Positions 24,556 through 30,227 of a stretch of DNA of 30,227 bases are shown here, piece by piece. Below the pieces are notes generated by a model that ran no database searches, was not told the origin of the DNA, and worked only from the letters and a program-made list of their open reading frames with translations. Source of the stretch: Octopus sinensis (Eukaryota); the NCBI RefSeq assembly GCF_006345805.1, contig NW_021832638.1, positions 1-30,227 on the forward strand, in the 5' to 3' direction. The position numbers and the translations under genes are program-made. Every line of letters starts with the position of its first letter. Position 1 is the first letter of the stretch.

Positions 24556-24818
24556 TTCTCTATAAAATTTTTAAAGAAGTTTTTTCATGAAAAAGTTAAA
24601 TATCTCCAGGAATTCAGTTTGGAAAACTACATTAATGTATCAAATTTTAAAATTTTCAATAAACTTGGCAGCCAAACTGAAAAAAAATCCAAGTTTTCCG
24701 GAACATGGTTTATCGTTATCATTGAGTACTAAGTTTCGCTACACCTGAGCAGGGACATGTAAAGGAGTGAGTTTAGTCTCCACATTCCCAACGTATGTCT
24801 ATAAATATTTCCCTTTTC

Positions 24819-25426
24819 TTGGGTTGTCGGATAAATTCGTCCATTTCTTTCCAATGTTATTTAAATTACTACGATGCCATGAAAGCATCCTATCTGCTGA
24901 GTCCATTCCTTGTGGACTGGCGCGGATCCTCGTAGACGAGCTCGTTTAATAGGTTCTCGTTGAATTGAACAGGTCGGAACGTAGCCGTAATGACTATGGA
25001 GCCGAATTTTCCTTCCCTGATGCGCGAAAAAATATTTCCACGCAATTCTTTTAGTAAAAGTGCCTTCTCTGTACACAACATAAATATCTCGAGTGGATCT
25101 TGGCAGCTTTGAAACCTTGACTAAAGGCCAAAAGAAGCAGGTGTTGAAAAATAGTCATTTTTGTTTTCGACTTGGCATTTCATCGTCATACGTCTGAAAA
25201 GAGATAAAATTTATAGAAATTTTAAAAAGATGAATAAAAATTGTTGAGGAAGAACAGCTACCAGAAAAAAAACCTCAAAACAAAGCTAAAAAAAAATAAT
25301 CAAACAAAAAAGAACCCTGCAGTTCCGCCCCCCCCCCCCCCACCCAAAGAACTTACGTTAGAAGTATTTTTTGCGTTAGTTCAAATTATACTGGAAAGAA
25401 GCGAACGAATTTATCTGACAAGCAAA
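24819..25426 (-). mobile_element. Internally deleted mariner (Mos1/Hsmar-like) element
   Basis: Terminal inverted repeats at 24819-24850 and 25395-25426 (26/32); from ATG 25183 decayed N-terminus MKCQVENK..QHLLLLAFSQG..RPVQFNENLLNELVYEDPRQSTR; catalytic domain absent. Confidence 0.85.
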
Positions 25427-25545
25427 TGAAAGGAAATGGTTTAACCCTCGGTAGTTACAGATACACATTGTTGGTGGTGGTGGGTCACTAAAAATGTTCC
25501 CTTACATGTGAATGCTCAAATCTAGCGAAATATTGTACCTAGTAA

Positions 25546-25754
25546 TATTCTTTATACAATAGGCACAAGGCTAGAAATTTCGGGGTAGAATAGGGGTAAG
25601 TCGATTACCTCGACCCCAGTACTTATTTCATCGACCACGAAAGGATGAAAGGTAAAGTCGATTTCGGTGGAATTTGAACTCAGAACATAGTGACGGGCGA
25701 AATACCGCTAAGTATTTTGTCCAACGTGGTTCATGACTCTGCCAGCTCGCCGCC

Positions 25755-25756
<2 letters not shown>
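25546..25756 (-). mobile_element. SINE family A, older-type tail
   Basis: AGGCACAAGG tail, GAAAGGATGAAAGG core, GCCAGCTCGCCGCC head. Confidence 0.88.
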
Positions 25757-25814
<58 letters not shown>

Positions 25815-25822
25815 GTAATAAT

Positions 25823-26367
25823 AGTACCAGGCAGTGGTTCTCATGGCTTCTGATCTTAACTGATTGGAAGTGTTATCATGTATATTGTTCTGTCTTGGTA
25901 TAAAAGATGGGCTACAGCAAATATTCTGCTCAATACCACAGATTTGCTTGTCAGTTGTTTGACCTTAACCAGTTGAGCATGTCCCTTGGTGGCTGACGAT
26001 ATGTGCATCTCTGATCACGAGCGGAAGTAGTGGGGGAGCATCATAGCCATGTGTTGAGAAGGATTCTTTGGAGTTTGGATAATTTACCTCTGGAAACATG
26101 GGTGTTTCGTTCAACGTCCTTAAACAACCCTTATTCAGGGACCTCTTGAGACGGATGGGTTACTCGACCAGATGAAAATTCTAACTGGTCCCCACCTGCA
26201 AGGTCATGCGCTGTTTATCTCGATATGAGATCACCATATCGCACACATATGGTTGTGATGCATGTGCCTGGTGTACCCTTATCAACCGGGTAGTCATGAT
26301 GGGTATACTGGGCTTCGTATATTTTACCCCAGTGTCACTTTGATGGCATGCATTGTCCTCTCACTCA
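25823..26367 (+). mobile_element. ~550-bp non-coding element embedded in (AAT)n, copy 2
   Basis: Flanked by (AAT)n at 25757-25822 and 26368-26473; reverse complement of 10897-11451, slightly shorter at the left end. Confidence 0.8.
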
Positions 26368-26400
26368 ATAATAATAATAATAATAATAATGATGATAATG

Positions 26401-26472
<72 letters not shown>

Positions 26473-26474
<2 letters not shown>

Positions 26475-26685
26475 CTTTTCTACTATAGGCACAAGACCTG
26501 AACTTTGAAGAGAGGGACTAGTCGATTAGACCGACCCCAGTGTTCAACTGGTATTTATTTTATCGACCTCGGAAGGATGAAGGGCAAAATCGACCCCGAC
26601 GGAATTTGAACTCAAAATGTAAAGACAGAGGAAATACCGCTAAGCATTTTGTCCGGCGCGCTAAAGATTTTGCCAGCTCATCACT
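26473..26685 (-). mobile_element. SINE family A, older-type tail
   Basis: CTTTTCTACTATAGGCACAAG tail, core, GCCAGCTCA head. Confidence 0.85.
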
Positions 26686-27037
26686 TTATTGCATTTGGCT
26701 TGCAAGATGTTGATGTGAACCCTAGTTTTGAAACATGTTTGTTTGTATCTCGGGAGGTTATGTTTATTAATGGCAATAGGACGCTGCCGAAAAGCTGATA
26801 TTGAGACAGTTTTAGAGACACAACTCGAGTGCTATCTCATCCACTTAATCCATATTAATCGAATTACATCTTAATCTAGTCATCTAGTAATCTGCAGCTA
26901 CCCTTGGTGTTTTTAATCACTGCAGCCACAAGCATTTCTTGTTCTCTCTGTTTGTCGTTTTCAGTTTACATAAACACCGGCGTGGCTGCATGGTCCAGAA
27001 TATCACTTAGACACCGTACATATACATACATACATAC

Positions 27038-27481
27038 ATGATGATGGCCGTCCACTCGTGACCGAGGAAGACCATTACGGACCTTCAGGAACATTGTGCG
27101 CTCTAGGACTAACTTATATTTTGCATTTGCGGCTCCGTTGGTGGCTAATGAGCCCTGCTCTTGACAAGCATACACGACTGCAAACATTGCAGACCAAGCT
27201 TTCCCCATTCCCTATACGAGCCGTGCGCTTTCGCGCAGCTCGCTTAAGTTCTTCATGCTGGATACGTGCTCTCTCAAAAGTGTCGATCCCCTCCTTAACC
27301 TGCTTCCTCCATCTGTGGCGATGACAGGCATTGTTCTCCCAGTCAGTGTCCTGCATATCACAGGCCTTTAATGAGGACTTGACACAGTCCTTAAATCGCA
27401 GCCTTGGTTTCTGCCGGAGTCTCCTTCAATTCACAAATTCTCCATAGAGCATCCATTCTAATAAGGTGTCCAGTCCAACGC
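27038..27481 (-). pseudogene. RTE (BovB-like) LINE 3' fragment with C-terminal CCHH finger and 3'UTR
   Basis: RWTGHLIRM, MLYGE, PRLRFKDCVKSSLK, CNVCSRVCLSRAGLISHQR; (CAT)n tail; flanked by (TACA)n. Confidence 0.88.
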
Positions 27482-27649
27482 AAACATACATACATACATA
27501 CATACCATGTTGTTGATGTTGAAATTCCAAGGAAGGAGCCTTGAATCTAGGTTAGAAACCGGTTCTTTCTCTATTGGCAAGAAATTTTGAAATAAAACTG
27601 AACAATGACATGCATACATGTACGCAGGCACTTATACATATACATATAA

Positions 27650-28008
<359 letters not shown>

Positions 28009-28014
28009 CCAACG

Positions 28015-28198
28015 TATGTGTGTTTACCCGTGAACCCTTCAAACCGCTTGATAACCAGTACCGCTTTATCTACGTCTTCGTATCGTAGCAGTCCGGCAAA
28101 AGAGACCGATAGAATAAACACGAAACTTAAAAAGCTCGTCTAAAAAACCCTTCAAAGTAGTATCCCAGCATGGGCGCAGTCCAAGCAAAAGACGAAAG
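28015..28198 (+). mobile_element. Decayed SINE B 3' half
   Basis: CGGCAAAAGAGACCGATAGAATAA and CCCAGCATGGGCGCAGTC. Confidence 0.7.
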
Positions 28199-28479
28199 GA
28201 GAAGCATTACTCATCGTTGCTCATCTCACTCTCCCCATCATTCCATTATATCAGTTTAACCCAAGGAAAATACTTCCCCATGAGACACCGGGACTTGCTG
28301 CACGTTGCGAGTATTCCTCGTATCTGTCCATTTGCTAACTCCGATTGTCTCCCTTCTATCCGACGTTTTGTGAATTCAAATAACACAACCACATTTTAAT
28401 TATATCTTTTCTTCTCCAGACGGTTTCTGGAAAGAAAAGAAAAATGTAGAGAAAGCAAACGGCAATATCTTTTGTGACT

Positions 28480-28691
28480 GTTACTTGTGACTGTTTCAGG
28501 CATTTGACTGCGGCCATACTGGGGCACCGCCTTGAAGAATCTTAGGCGAAAGAATCGATCCGAGTACTTATTTTTAAACTTATTTTTCAGCGTCTTTCAC
28601 GGATCTGCTAAGTTACGAGAGTGTAAACTAACCAACTCTGGTTGTCAAGTGATAGACACACACACACACATATGGGCCCAATGTACACACA

Positions 28692-28737
<46 letters not shown>

Positions 28738-28974
28738 ACACACACACACACACACATGGCAGAAACGTTAGCTCACCGGGCGAAATGCGTAGCCGTATTT
28801 CGTCTGCCGTTACGTTCTCAGTTCAAATTCCGCCGAGGTTGGCTTTGCCTTTCATCCTTTCGGGGTCGATAAATTAAGTACCAGTTACGCACTTGGGTCG
28901 ATGTAATCGACTTAATCCGTCTGTCTGTCCTTGTTTGTGTCCTCTTTGTTTAGCCCCTTGTGGGTAGTAAAGAA

Positions 28975-29014
<40 letters not shown>

Positions 29015-29094
29015 TTATGTGTGCGTATATATAATATATATATATATATATATACGCACACATAAACACACAGAGGCACGTGCCTGCGTATGTA

Positions 29095-29135
<41 letters not shown>

Positions 29136-29285
29136 GACAGTCTTCTATCAATTTCTGTCTACCAAATACACTCAAGTAAGCATTGATCGGCACAAAGCAA
29201 TAGTAGAAGATGCTTGCCCAATGTGAAACGCATGCGGATTGAACCTGGTACCATGTGGTTGGGAAGCACAGCCACGTCCAACCCA
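28480..29285 (-). mobile_element. Decayed SINE B split by a SINE A
   Basis: 3' half at 28480-28655; head at ~29135-29285. Confidence 0.75.
28757..28977 (+). mobile_element. SINE family A monomer, young tail
   Basis: TGGCAGAAACGTTAG...GTAGTAAAGAAATA; nearly identical to the 23567 head unit. Confidence 0.92.
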
Positions 29286-29939
29286 CATATGTGAGCTTCA
29301 AATAGCACACCTAGATTTTAATAACTTTTTCCTAAAACGTAGGTAATGAAAACAGCGAGATAATTAACCGTTTATTGGCGGTGTCTCGGAAAGCTTCCGA
29401 TGTTGTTGGGTGCTCCTAACCTTAATAATTCTGCGACTAATTCCGTTAGGCATGCGCAGGTACACACGTATCATTTTTCAGGTTCCTTCACAATCATTGC
29501 AATCGTTCAGAGTAAAAAAAAAAAAAAAGTCTGTTTCAAAGGGAGACTACACATATAACGATTTCATTTTATTCAAGGGAAATAACTCCTATTTAGATAT
29601 CCAAGGGAAGTAACCCTTAATAAACTTTTCACTCGACGAAAATATATTTTGTTTTTCTGTTCGCGGAGCTATCATCGCCAACAAGTGGTGGATTTAAATT
29701 ATCCTTGGCTAGATTATCCCTTGATAGATTACCCTTGGATAATCCTTGGCTAGAATTCTTAAATATTACTATTCCTGCTTCACTAATACTCAAAAGATAT
29801 TAACGAGCAGCGGGAAATATTATTATCAATGCAGTAAAAAATAATTTCTATACTGATGTATGTTGCTGAGGCCTAATTATAAAAGCTGTGAAGAAAAGCA
29901 TTCCAGCCGTGACCATGTAGGCTTTTTGGAATTCTCTAT

Positions 29940-30227
29940 GCTTGAGATGTCTTCTGCGTCCTTTTCCTATTTCCTGACCTGACTACAGTTTTTAGCTGAA
30001 GCTAGTCCGTTGACCGTATGCACCCTCCACTAAGATCTCGGCCCATGTGACCAGCGGCCATTTTTCTTCTCCTAATTCGAATTTCTTTCTTTCTTCTAGT
30101 TAAGCTACAATAGATAGCACGCATTTTTGTCTGTCTGCTATCAAAGCTTGTTTCTCCAGCGTTCACCACTTCATCTCGTTATGGCTTAACAGCCCTACAG
30201 TTTTTCTTTGACTGTCCTGTTTTTGTT
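29940..30227 (-). pseudogene. Possible decayed RTE-type LINE C-terminal fragment
   Basis: Minus-strand RQTKM...AGHMGR resembles the RTE RxRTKV...WAGHxxR motif; runs off the window. Confidence 0.35.

Noticed and set aside
28405-28445. Strong splice-acceptor-like tracts on both strands
   Set aside because: They are the two arms of a small purine/pyrimidine hairpin; no convincing paired donor or ORF
29537-29756. Short degenerate repeats (CAAGGGA..TAAC x3; TATCCTTGGCTAGAT x4)
   Set aside because: Real but too decayed to assign; likely old repeat debris

Overview
AT-rich, repeat-saturated eukaryotic non-coding DNA (intronic or intergenic). The SINE families and microsatellite load look like an octopus (cephalopod) genome, which is recognition from memory, not a database result. 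No intact protein-coding gene is supported; most ORFs in the track are microsatellite or SINE read-through artefacts. The window holds three tRNA-derived SINE families (A, B and C here, about 25 copies or fragments) and decayed LINEs (R4/Dong-like, CR1-like, RTE-like, possibly L1/Tx1). It also holds internally deleted Tc1/mariner transposons, Penelope-like remnants with hammerhead-ribozyme cores, foldback/MITE-like inverted repeats, and a ~550-bp element found only inside (TAA)n tracts. The most interesting signals are: (i) SINE A multimers with identical head-to-tail junctions at two independent loci, each bracketed by a single target-site duplication (TSD); (ii) visible SINE/LINE 3'-tail sharing; (iii) the (TAA)n-targeted element; (iv) hammerhead cores; (v) three weak candidate minus-strand exons. 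I cannot claim a definitively new biological system.
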